DNA from: Prevotella sp.
Lineage (GTDB): Bacteria; Bacteroidota; Bacteroidia; Bacteroidales; Bacteroidaceae
Reading direction: 5' to 3'
DNA length: 64,000 bases
Assembly: GCA_017444365.1 (NCBI GenBank)
Contig: JAFSWU010000005.1
Location: 2,500-66,499 of the forward strand
Shown: piece by piece, positions 40,601 to 50,800 of the stretch
How positions within the stretch are numbered: position 1 is the first letter of the stretch
Layout of the letters: the number at the start of each line of letters is the position of its first letter
Translations under genes and position numbers: made by a program
The notes under the pieces: generated by a model
Database searches by the model: none
Told to the model about the DNA's origin: nothing
Seen by the model: the letters and a program-made list of their open reading frames with translations, nothing else

Positions 40601-42826
40601 GATCTGAGACGGCTGGTCAACCTCGGGGGCGCCAAGCTGTACCTCGGCAAAGGCTGAAGACGCATTGGAGGCTTTGGGCGTGGGCTGGTCGGTCCATCCC
40701 CACTCTGCCCCGCCGTCGGTGGTACGGGCATAGCTGGCGCGTTCCTTACCGGCAGGATAGGTGATACTGGTGATGAGCTTACCCGCATCGTCGCTCACAT
40801 AGAGCGTTCCACCATCTTCATCGAGCTTGAAGGGGGCGTTGTTGGGATGAAGCGTGTTGCTGTCGAACCAGATGAGACAGTAGCCCTTGCGTGCCAGGGC
40901 ACCCATGGCAGAGGGAGTACGCCATTTCTTGAGATTCATATTGTCATCGCTCAGATACAGATTGCTGATTTCAACGGCCTGATCGGTAGGATTGTATAAC
41001 TCTACCCAACCATCGAAGTTATAGGCAGGACTGATGTACTGATCGACGTTGGAGGCCATCACCTCGTTGATGATGAGCGACTCGGACGTGGGCTTGTTGC
41101 GCGTCACCGTGACACGGCAACGGCCATACTTGCCGGAACCATCGACAGCTGTGGCCTGAATGTAAGCCGTACCATTGCTCACCGCTGTCACCACACCATT
41201 CTCGTCAACCGTTGCCACGCCGGCATTCAGTGTCTTCCATTCAACATCCTGATAGCTGGCCGTGGCAGGGCGCACGGTGGCCGTGAGCTGCACCTGCTGT
41301 CCTACGACAAGGTCGGCAGTGGTCGGGGTGACAGAAACGGAGGTTGCGGGAACGAGCGTGGTGTAGTCTTCCAACTTGAAGTTATCAACGATACACCAGC
41401 AATTCTGTTTCCCGTTGCTGTTGCGGATACCGATGCGCAGGTCGCCACCGGCATGCTCGAACTCCATCTCGTTATGATACTTGCCGGCGAGGAAGCACTC
41501 GTTGGCCGTGGCCATGCTGTTGGGGAAGAGGATGGTTTCCCATGTATCCCAATCGCGGTAGCCCCATGTACCATTTGTCGAAGAGCCATCGGGCATGTGG
41601 TCGGAGAAGATACTGACAAAATCCTGCTCGTCATCTCCTGCATAGAACACACCGGTGATTTGCTCCGTGCCATCGAGATAGGCACTATATGCCTGATCGT
41701 TCATCTGACCTTCTCTGTAGAAGCCCTGAACAGAGAAACGATACCAGCCGGCAGGAAGGTCGTGAATCACCTGATAGACATCGCTGGTGACATTCCAGAA
41801 CTCCATGCACTCGCTGTCGATTCGCTTGTTGGGACCAAAGGTCCAACCATCATCTGAGTTGTTGTCGAAGCCGGGATTGACGATATACTTGTTAGTGACG
41901 TCAATCCAACTGTAGTCGCCCTCGGGACGCTGCTTGGCAGCTACCGTGATGGTAGCCTTTCCAGAGCGGTTGGTGCCATCGGTGGAAGTGGCAGTGATGG
42001 TCACCGTGCCAGCGGACTTGGCCTTGATAAGACCTGTGGCATCGACCGTGGCCACGCTCTCGTTGCTGGAAATCCACGTTACCTTCTTGATGCTGGCATT
42101 CTCGGGCAAGACGGTGGCCGAGAGCTGCAGGCTCTTGCCAACGGAAATGGTCTCAGAAGAGAGTGTCACGCTCACGCTGGTCACATAGATCTGCTCCTGA
42201 TAGCATTCAAGCTTAAAGTTGTCCCACAAGCACCAGCAATCTTGCTGCCAGTCATCGCAGAAGATACCGATCTCAAGGTTGCCACCTTGGTGAGTGAACT
42301 GGATGGTGTTCATCAGTCCGCCATTGTTGAAGGCTTGAACAGCCGTTTCCATGGTGTTGGCAAAGAAGGAATAGTAGCCCGTTCCATTTTCGGTGTACCA
42401 ACAACCTTCCTGATAGTTGGGGAACTCGTAGTCGTAAAGACTGTGAAGGGCTAAACCATGATCTTCACCGGCATAGAGATATGCTGTGATATTCTCCGTG
42501 CCATCCTGATGGGCGGCATAGGACTTGGAGTTATCTGAAATACGATAGAACGCATTGGCAGACAGGCGATAATCGCCTGCCGGAAGATTCACAATCGTTT
42601 GATAAACGCGGAATGCATCGTTCCAACACTCCATAGCTCCGGCACGAAGGGTGGACGAGCCATTGCTTATATGCTGGCGAATGAAGCTCCAACCGTTTGC
42701 ACCATTCTCAAAACTGGGGTTGACGATGTAGTTGTCGGTTACATCGACCCACTTCTTCTGTGCCTTCAGCTCTGCAACCGACCACACGGTACAGAGGGCA
42801 AGCAACATGACAATCAGTCTTTTCAT
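37643..42826 (-). CDS. Secreted CotH-kinase-family protein with lamin-tail, Big_2 Ig and CBM-like modules and a T9SS tail
   Basis: YMGVMNMREP, NDWIRNN and YDLD kinase motifs; two INEV...D.WVELYN lamin-tail domains; LRYTTDGSLP; two V.W.S/T.N..VATVD Ig repeats. Confidence 0.88.
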   Translation of the reverse strand: MKRLIVMLLALCTVWSVAELKAQKKWVDVTDNYIVNPSFENGANGWSFIRQHISNGSSTLRAGAMECWNDAFRVYQTIVNLPAGDYRLSANAFYRISDNSKSYAAHQDGTENITAYLYAGEDHGLALHSLYDYEFPNYQEGCWYTENGTGYYSFFANTMETAVQAFNNGGLMNTIQFTHQGGNLEIGIFCDDWQQDCWCLWDNFKLECYQEQIYVTSVSVTLSSETISVGKSLQLSATVLPENASIKKVTWISSNESVATVDATGLIKAKSAGTVTITATSTDGTNRSGKATITVAAKQRPEGDYSWIDVTNKYIVNPGFDNNSDDGWTFGPNKRIDSECMEFWNVTSDVYQVIHDLPAGWYRFSVQGFYREGQMNDQAYSAYLDGTEQITGVFYAGDDEQDFVSIFSDHMPDGSSTNGTWGYRDWDTWETILFPNSMATANECFLAGKYHNEMEFEHAGGDLRIGIRNSNGKQNCWCIVDNFKLEDYTTLVPATSVSVTPTTADLVVGQQVQLTATVRPATASYQDVEWKTLNAGVATVDENGVVTAVSNGTAYIQATAVDGSGKYGRCRVTVTRNKPTSESLIINEVMASNVDQYISPAYNFDGWVELYNPTDQAVEISNLYLSDDNMNLKKWRTPSAMGALARKGYCLIWFDSNTLHPNNAPFKLDEDGGTLYVSDDAGKLITSITYPAGKERASYARTTDGGAEWGWTDQPTPKASNASSAFAEVQLGAPEVDQPSQIFMGNLTVNVVIPAGTTLRYTTDGSLPTPQNGVVSTTGQFSVTETAIYRFRLFGDNYLASPVTSRSYIYRNLDYSLPSISVVTDRDFLYDDMMGIYVNGTNGRPGNGQSTAKNYNMDWDRPVNFSYLNADGQMVFNQDVNMSICGGWSRANYPHSFKLKGNKELGGDKKLPYPFFSAKPFIRNRTLQIRGGGNDNSSRIIDPAVQTIIQTSEIDIDGQSYQPTHLFLNGEYMGVMNMREPNNKHFVFANYGWDDDEIDQFEQSPDSGYVQMCGTREAFDELVNLTADAANPETYEEIRQLLDVDEYINYMACGFYLRRNDWIRNNVKGYRHQDGGRFRFVNYDLDGAPGGFTFDSFMSWEYQYRYDKLYPSGTYIYQDNKLVTLFKNLLQNPNFKQQFIDTYCVMGGSVFEPERCNQIIDSLVATVAPAMQLTGMYPSTASSLKNSLSNQLDNSINMLRGFSTFGLYNTTPQTVVLRSDVPAATLYVNDVKVTTGYFNGKLFAPTTLRAVAPAGYIFQGWQSSAGSTTEKTIFDKGSSWRYYDNGSLDGANWTAVNYNASGWNTGYAPLGYEKDGISTTLSYGMDSQHKYPTYYFRRNFGLDAAPTASDVFRFNYTIDDGFIVYVNGQEAGRYNMPSGTVTYDSFSTTYAHSNPDVGTIELPASLFHSGSNVIAVEVHNNSASSTDILFDASLTVQGASAGSVDYYSTDAEIPLPNSSYVSLTACYKPMSAAERKAAAINPVRINEVSGSNDSYINEYFKKNDWVELYNTTDEEIDIEGMYLSDNISKLMKYQISKEGTSVNTKIPAHGHLIIWCDKLNTTDQALHASFKIDGDGGELFLTAADKSWTDTLAYSAHDARTTIGRYPDGAADVYAMSMPTINKQNLLTSYAQREEAKVVNGLKPAVYIAAANGFRIRYAGGSLILKAEDADYARVEIYTASGQSMMEGAARIHGGVSYVDVSELPSGFYIARAVDSNGNRVSCKFMK

Positions 42827-42858
42827 ATCTTGATTCTTTTTAGTTTTAACCTACTTAA

Positions 42859-44337
42859 CTACTTCACCACCTCCGTTATCGCATCACCGATACAGGCACT
42901 GGGCATCTGGATATGGAGCATGGCGCACACCGTGGGAGCAATATCTACAATGCGGGTGGGCTGAGAGGTCTGCCCATGCTGGATGTGCCAGCCCATGAAT
43001 ACCAAGGGGATATGCGCATCGTAGGGATTCCACTCGCTATGGGTGGTTCCCTTGTAGTTGGCGGCAGGCTCCCAGCTGAACTCATTGGCACGGGGCAGGC
43101 AATAGATGTCGCCCGTGCGAAGACGGTGATAGCCGTTGACGATGCGCTCGCGGATGAGCTGAGGGATGGGGGCCGTGGCAGCCTGCTCGCAGTCGATGAC
43201 GGCCAGCAGGTGGTCGTTCATCCCAAGCTGGCGAATGGCCTCTGCCTTCACATCGGCAAGACTGAGAGCGGCACTATCGACCTTGGCATGGTCGATATAG
43301 AAGAAATCGCCGTAGTTGGCAGCTATCAGGCGGTCAACACCGAAACGCTTCCGCAAGGCTTCGTTGGCCTGCTTGCGCATGCCCGATGCCGACCATCCGC
43401 CGGCCGGCAGATGATGCTCGTTCAGGAAGTTGGGGTTATGGGCTCCGGCATGATCGGCCGAGAGGAACAACAGGTAGCCATCGCGTCCGAACCGCTTGTC
43501 GAGCAACGAGAGGAGGTGTGCCAACTTGCGGTCGAGCGTCATATAAGCCTCGCGGGTGATGTCGGCACGGGTGCCGTACTGGTGGGCGATGGCATCGGTA
43601 GAGGAGATGCTGATGGTGAGCATGTCGGTGACACTGCCCTGCCCCATCTTCTCGTTATCCAACACTGCCTCGGCCATGTCGAAGGTCAGGGCCACACCAT
43701 GCGGTAGCAGCTTCTGGTCTTCGCCTGGGGTGGTCTTGTTTTTCTCGTTGAAAGCCTTCACCCAGGCAGGGAGCTCCTCCATGTAATAGGTGCTGGTGAT
43801 GAAATGACCCACGGAGTTGTCGAACCAATAGGCGGCATTGGCGGCATGGCCGGCAGGGAAAATGGCGGCACGGTCTTTCAGGGCGACACCGATGACCTTG
43901 GAACGGAAATCGGTGGCGAGCCGAAGCTGGTCGCCAATCGTGTTGGAAAGCATGTTGCGCGGAGACATCTGACCCGCCTTGGAGTCGGAGCCCACACTAT
44001 GCACCGTCGTATCACCACAGCAGTAGCGGTCGCGACCGTTCTCGCGGAAGTTGTTACCACAGATGCCATGCAGGGCGGGCGTGGTGCCGGTAAAGATACT
44101 GGTATGGCCTATTGCTGTGACGGTGGGAACATAGTTGATCATGGTGTTCTCGCAACTGAACCCTTCGTCAACCAACCGTTTCAATCCTCCTTCACCAAAC
44201 TGGTCGTAGTAATAATACAAGTAATCCCAACGCATCTGGTCAACAACCAAACCCACCACCAGTTTGGGGCGTTCAACGGATGCACTTGTCATGAGTGACG
44301 TCAGCATCACAGCAAGTACTAAGAAAGCCTTCCTCAT
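42859..44337 (-). CDS. PafA-type alkaline phosphatase-family protein
   Basis: KLVVGLVVDQMRWDY, PTVTAIGHTSIFTG (Thr nucleophile), LKDRAAI, SADHA, H...NPYDAHIPL. Confidence 0.9.
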   Translation of the reverse strand: MRKAFLVLAVMLTSLMTSASVERPKLVVGLVVDQMRWDYLYYYYDQFGEGGLKRLVDEGFSCENTMINYVPTVTAIGHTSIFTGTTPALHGICGNNFRENGRDRYCCGDTTVHSVGSDSKAGQMSPRNMLSNTIGDQLRLATDFRSKVIGVALKDRAAIFPAGHAANAAYWFDNSVGHFITSTYYMEELPAWVKAFNEKNKTTPGEDQKLLPHGVALTFDMAEAVLDNEKMGQGSVTDMLTISISSTDAIAHQYGTRADITREAYMTLDRKLAHLLSLLDKRFGRDGYLLFLSADHAGAHNPNFLNEHHLPAGGWSASGMRKQANEALRKRFGVDRLIAANYGDFFYIDHAKVDSAALSLADVKAEAIRQLGMNDHLLAVIDCEQAATAPIPQLIRERIVNGYHRLRTGDIYCLPRANEFSWEPAANYKGTTHSEWNPYDAHIPLVFMGWHIQHGQTSQPTRIVDIAPTVCAMLHIQMPSACIGDAITEVVK

Positions 44338-44532
44338 TGTTCTCAATTTAGATTTCCACTGCAAAGGTAATTATTATCTTTGCATTATTATGCAAATGAA
44401 AGATTTTTTATATCAAAAAAGATGAAAATAAGTTTTTTTTCGACAAATCAGTTGCAATTTTCATCGTTTGTTCGTATATTTGCATGAACCTATCAATAAC
44501 TAAAGCCCTTGAAGGGAGAAAGGAACACACAA

Positions 44533-44646
44533 ATGAAGAACAAAGATTATTGGAACGAGAAAGAGTTGTACGACCTTGACAACATCTACAACATGGATCC
44601 AGACGACAACTACGCCACGGCTGACACATCCATGTGGTACAACTAA
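44533..44646 (+). CDS. 37-aa acidic, aromatic-rich peptide
   Basis: MKNKDYWNEKELYDLDNIYNMDPDDNYATADTSMWYN; TATATTTG box at 44475-44482, A-rich leader, codon choice like the host genes (AAC/GAC/TAC). Confidence 0.55.
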   Translation: MKNKDYWNEKELYDLDNIYNMDPDDNYATADTSMWYN

Positions 44647-44697
44647 TGGGAATAGTGACCCATGTGGGAAGACGAACAGACTATTCACCAACAAACA

Positions 44698-44737
44698 GGA
44701 TAAAGGGGAAGTTGCCGCGGCAACTTCCCCTTTATCC
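44698..44737. terminator. Perfect 40-bp palindrome between convergent genes (terminator-like)
   Basis: ggataaaggggaagttgccg|cggcaacttcccctttatcc. Confidence 0.75.
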
Positions 44738-44755
44738 GTAGAATGCTTACGCCCA

Positions 44756-47700
44756 TTACAGCTGGAGCGTGTTGAGACTTCTGCTAACGAGCATACCTTG
44801 AACAGCAAATGGCTTCAACGTGAAACGGCGATTCGCCTTCATGTGAATGACAAACAGTTCGTCATCTCCGTTGAGGGCAGGCTTCTCGCCTACGTTGACA
44901 AAGGTCGGATAGAGCACCTTCGAGCCGTTGCGGTGGAGACGGTCGTTAGTCATATTCGCCATGCCTGAGACAGCCTTTGGCTCGATGCTGACAAACTGCA
45001 TGTCGGCCTCAGCATAAGGAAGAATCAACTGCAAGGCATTGACATCGGCTAACACCCTGCCGCTCACGGTGAGTAACACATCGTCGCCTGCCTGATAGGT
45101 CTGCTTGTCGGCCTTGATCATCAACTCGCCCGAGGGCTGGACAGCAACAGCAAGGGGCCGGGCATCCTCTAACTGCGTTGCCACGACAGAAATGTCATAG
45201 GCATCGATAAGCCCGTTGCCATTGATGTCGCCCTTCGAAACATATCCCTCGAAGTCGGAATCGCCTTGACGAAGACCTGTGTAGTTGAGGTAAGAGGTGA
45301 GGTCATTGTCGTCCACCTTGCCATCCTGGTTGATGTCTCCAGGGATGAGCACTTTGGTTCCAGGCTTCTTGAAGACATAAATCTCAGTACCAGAACCGAA
45401 TCCTCCCACGGCCTGATCTACACTGAGCTTGATGTAACGAACCTCGGTCTGCGGAGCAAAAGCAATCTCCTTGACTTTGGCATCACGCGCCCAAGTAAAC
45501 TCGCCCACATCTGTCCAGTTCTTCTGATCGGCACTCACGCAGGCATGTCCATGCAGAACGGTACCGTTGCCCGCATTTTCTCGCGGGATGTAGTGCAAGC
45601 GGTCGAGTGTTGCCGTGCAGTGGAGGTCGATGGTCAGGTCGAAAGGAACTGCCTCGTGGTTCTGATAGTCGGTATGCCAGATGTCTCCCTTCTCCGCAAA
45701 GTCGAAGAGTCGGTCAAGGCCGAAGCCTGCCTGTGCAGCAGCCGTACACTCACCCGTCAGCCCATGCAGGGCAAACTCCAGCGGGTTAGCAGCTGTGCGT
45801 AAGCTGAAGGGAGTCCAGTCGGAAACCCCGTCCTGATTGACAGCCCGAACCTTGAAGGCATAATCACTCTCAGGCCGCAAACCTTCGAAGAGGAACTGGG
45901 TATCGCGGATAGTTGAATAGGTCATACCCTCAAACTCTACTTCGTAATAGTCGGCATTGTCAACAGACTGCCAGGCTGGGGAAAGAGTATATGGCTTGGC
46001 TTCTTCTTCCTTCGCAGGAACAATCGATGGGGCAGCAAGCGCACCAGTGTGGGTGAGCAGGGTATTGGGAGTTGCATATTCATAGCCATCGACCAGCAAC
46101 TCCACCTTATTGTAAATAGAAGTGACAGGAACCTTGACTGTCAGCACGGGATTCTTCTTCACACTGAGAGAAGCAAGCGGCGAACCTGGTGTGGCAAAGC
46201 GATTCAGCTCGGTAGCCTCACATACGGGTGTCTCCGCAGGTGACACCTTCTTGCCATTAATAAGAACGGTGACACGTTTCGGCTGTTTCGTCAAGTTAAC
46301 CTTGAAAATGGTTGTCTTCTGTTTCTCCATGCCCTGATATTCGCCAACGGCTGGATGCACGACAATGTGGGCACGCCCCTTCTCCACCCGCTGTTCAATC
46401 TCGGTGATGGCATAGGCACCACTCAAGTAGGCATCTGTCGTACCGTCATCGGCATACTCCGTGAAAGAAGTCTGCTCTACCGAAGGATAGACCTCATAGA
46501 TTCGCGTCTTACGGTCGATCTGAGTGGGATTGTTGTTAGGATTGTTCTCGGGGATAATGGCCCCCTGCTTTACAAACACGGGCAACTTCCACAAAGGAGC
46601 ATCGAAAGAGTTGATGACGCGCCCACCCTCATAGGCTTCTCCAGTCATGAAGTCAATCCACGTGCCAGCCGGCAGGTAGATGTTGTTACGGATATCATTG
46701 CCCTTGTCATCAGCCTTGGTCTCCTGATAGATAGGAGCAATCAGGAAATAGGGGCCGTAGAGATACTGATACTGCGTGCGGGTGCCAAGGGTATATTGGA
46801 GCGTGGAGGGTGAAGCGTTGAGAGGCTCATCAAGGAACATAGCCCGGATGAGCGGTTTTCCGGTAATAGCCTCATGAGCAGAAGAGTAGCTGTAAGGAAG
46901 CAGGATGGATTTCCACTTCAGATAGCTTCGGTTAATGCTCGCGGCTGGCTCTCTGTATAATACTTGCCATCTTCGAACAGGATGCCACGCTGCTGATCGT
47001 CAGTTTCCTTCCAATAATCGCGGTTGTATGCATTGAGATGACCCTCATAGAAAGCAAACTCGGGCAGCAGTACGGGATTGCCTGTCAACTGGTAATAATC
47101 GTTAAGCAATGCCACCGGCGTACTGTCAATCATGACGAACATATCAAGATAAGGCGCGTCGTGGGTCAGCTGCACCTCATTCGGACGGTCGGCAGCAAAG
47201 TCATAGGCACCTGGTGTAAAAGTGTTGCACAGTATGCCATATCCCGCCGTTGACCAATAGAATGGTGCGGGTGAACAGACACCACCATCTGTCCAGCTGT
47301 TGGTATTGACGATGTCTATCTTCTTTCCTCGATGAGAGAACCTTCCGTTCTGCACACCACCACCAAAGAAATACTCATCGGGTTTGGCCTGGAAAGCAAG
47401 TTCATACGCCCCTTTCTTGAAGGTCAAAGGAGCCGTCTGCTGAAGAACGGACGAAGCTCCGTTCTGCCCCAGTGTCTTCACCTCCATCAAACCAGTCCGA
47501 AGATCGATAGAAACAACGGAAGAAACCGTCTTAACCAAGAACTGTTCAACAGACTGCTCTATCCTCAGACCACCTTGTAACGGACGGCGAGGATTATCCA
47601 CCAATATCTTCGCGGGTGGTGTTGCCTCCGGGGCACGCAAGATGCCACCCGCATCATCACGGAACAGGCGGAAGATGTTGTCCCCATAGAAGTCTATGGT

Positions 47701-47841
47701 CATTTGTTTACCACCTTCATAAACCACCTCCACGGTTGTCTTGTTCAGTTGATTGATACTCCTGACAGCCTGTGCCAGCACTTCTGATGCCATGCCTCCA
47801 AGCAAGGACAATAGAGCAATAGTAAATGCCTTGTATTTCAT
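44756..47841 (-). pseudogene. GH31 (CPE1046/Nag31-like) glycosidase with FN3, F5/8, dockerin and cohesin-like modules, disrupted by an internal deletion and frameshift
   Basis: The N-part ends GHLNAYNRDYW...YYTESQ and then stops at 46918. Another frame resumes EPAASINRSYLKWKSILLPYSY...LIRAMFLDEP. The catalytic-barrel core is not seen. Confidence 0.8.
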
Positions 47842-47872
47842 GTGCTTTGGTTTGTTGATCGTCTGTACTATC

Positions 47873-50800
47873 TTATTTCTTCACGAACTTCTGTCCCTTT
47901 GCTACATAAACACCTTTGGATAGGAAAGAAGGATGAACCCTACGTCCCTGTATGTCATAAACAGCCCCGTTTCGCATGCCCGTCCTGTCATCGTGACGGA
48001 GCGTTTCGTCTGTAATGCCCGTCGGAACTTTCTTCAAGATGCGGACGTTATCAATATATAATAATGTATTATTGGCCGCTCCCTGCGACTGTGATGTCTG
48101 GAAGCCCAAGGAGATGGTAACATCCTTGGCTTCATCGAGTGTGAAGTCATAGACCATCTGCTCCCATGTGTTGGGGGCGGAGGGATAGCGGTAATCGGTG
48201 ACTGTTCCTATCTTCACGCCCGTCAGCGAGGTGTTCACATTACCGCCCGAGGTGTTGACAACACGTCCGTTGTTGGCTGTTTGATTGGGACACTCGTACT
48301 TCATGTCTAATAACACACGATAGTCGCCAGCCGTGAGCGAGGCATTCTGCGTGATGGCATTGGTTCCCGAGTCCCAGGAGTTGAGCACGGTGAGCGTGCG
48401 TTCTCCCACCCCTTCGTCGGCAATCATCCTGCCAGTCTGTGCGGCATAGTTACCGACATTGGAGGGGCTGACGCAGTACATGGTCAGGGAATAGGGCATG
48501 GAATACATACGACAGAACTTACTGCCACCTTGTAAACCATTGGAGCCCGTCCATCCCTGCACCGGCAAGACGTTGGGCCACTTGGCATTGGCAGCGGCAA
48601 CATTGTTCACATAACAGGGGTTATAGGTGACGGAACCAAGGGTGACGTTACCCGTAGCATTGCCATAGGTCTCATCTTCCTCGAAGTTCGGATTCAGGAG
48701 AACTGACGGCGTGATGTCCTCGTAGCCTTCTGTGAGATCTTCTTTCTGCTCTTCGGGAAACGTCTCCACTTCCTCGATTCGAAGCTCGCCTCCCTCGTAA
48801 GTCAGTTTCAACGTTTCGCCTGTCCGCAGGGTCAGCTCACCAGATCCGACACCAGTATTCTGAGCCATATCTGCAACATAACCTATCTCTATCTTGCCGC
48901 CCTCGATGGCTGTGATGAACATTTGTTGGGAATTGTCTTTGGAAACAAAGGCCTTAAAAAGTCCTGAGCCTCGGTTGACAAAGAAGTGCGTTGAAAGACC
49001 CGCTGCATGATTCTGCTCAATGGACAGTTCGATGGAAGCACCAGTGGATGTGATGGTGGTGGGAACCTCAAAAACTGGATCGGCACCTATGCGGGAAGAC
49101 CGTAAACCACTAAGCACACACTTCTGGTCGCTCATAAAGTTGACTGCCAGCAAGTGTAAAGACAGGTCGGGGTCGTGGACCATGACGGCGCCCCACCCTG
49201 CCGGGACCTGACTGTTCAGATCTGTCACACAGCCGTCCAATTCGGCGGTCTTACCTGCCGAGATGTTGCTATAGTAGGTAACCATGCGCTGACCAACCAC
49301 ATCACCTGTCGAAACGGTCCGACTCTGGTCGCTATAGGCTGGATAAATCTTAGAGGTCATCACAGAGTTGTTGTTGGCACGGTCGCCAAAGGCCATTTGC
49401 TTGCCCGCACGGGCCACAATGCCGAGCTCGTTGTCGATGTTCACCCAGTTGGTCTCCAGTTTTACCAACTGCGAGCCGTCGCTCTGTTTATGCTTCATGG
49501 GCTCTGCAACCCCATCGGGAATTGTGGAATCATCGCCTGCCGTATAATAGAGCGTACGTTTCTGGCGGGTCATCTCGTCGGTGGAGATGGCCATCAGTCC
49601 GCCCTGCTCCTTGGAAATGGTAACATCGGCAAGAGCACGCACGTAGTCAAGGTAGATGACGGCATTACCTGGTGTGGAGTAGATGGCAAAGCGGTTGTTC
49701 AGTGTAGCATCGTTGGTGTTCAGCTCTCCATTCATCGTCCAGGCGTTGCCCTTCAGGTTGTAGATGCCGTTGACCACCGGTGTGGCATTGGTTCCTTTAC
49801 CGCTGACGGTGTACCATCCGAGGAAATTACCCGTGTTGTTGGCACGGAAAGGCACGATGATCTTATTCTTGTCTGGAGAGTCGGAAGCGATATAGCCCGT
49901 ATAGCTCTTCAAACCGTTAGACCAAGAGAAAGTGGTGAAACGGTCGGGGGTATAGGCACGAACAATATTCTGGGTCTCAATCTTACGAGCTTCGCTATGG
50001 CGGTCGCGGAACGCCGCCCATTCTGTTGCAGCAAGGTCTGCCGTGGACAACACTTCGTGCATGAGCCATGTCATCATCACGCGATGAGCCTCCACACCCA
50101 TACGGCGGGCTCCCACGTCGGCCCGCAACAGCCAAGAGCCGTCATCGGTGGTCTTCTGTCGGGCCTTGATGTATTTGTAGGCCATGTTCTCCAGCATCAA
50201 TGCATCGGCATCGCGCAGGAAGCAGGCATTGGTGGTGTAGCTCGTTATCTGATCGTATAGGAAGAGGCTCCAGTCGTTTCCGTTGGGCATGGCGAGTTCG
50301 CCATCGGCCAATGCCAACCAGTTAAGTACCTCGGTCTGCACTTCTTGGTTGTGGTGCATCAAGGCATTCGTCTTCCACTTCTCCTCACCGTAAAGTCCTG
50401 TCTGGAACAGCTTCAGTGCCAAGGCAGCCTCACCGAGTTCCTGCATCACCACATTCTGATAGGAAGTGTGGAAATAGTTATGGTTCTGCAAGGTATAGTC
50501 GTCGTAAAGGTTCTGTCCCTTATAGAGTTGGGCAATGGTCGTCTGATCATAATCCGGGTCGATAACGGTTTGGTTCTCAGCATCGTCCTTGTGCGAATAG
50601 CTGTTGATAGCGAACTCGCGCAGACGCTTGAACCAATAAGAAGCCAAGGCGTCGTTGGGGAACAACCCGAGCGTAGCAGCAAGGATGTCGGCTTCCCAAC
50701 CATTTTCCTCAGCCTTGGTGTCACCGGCATATCCCGTAGGAATGGTGCGCCCGAGTTCATAGTTGCACTCAGCTTTCAACAGCTTCTCAATATAGCCTTT

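Noticed and set aside
46918-46960. Programmed frameshift joining the two GH31 ORFs
   Set aside because: No slippery sequence is present, and the joined product would still lack the catalytic core.
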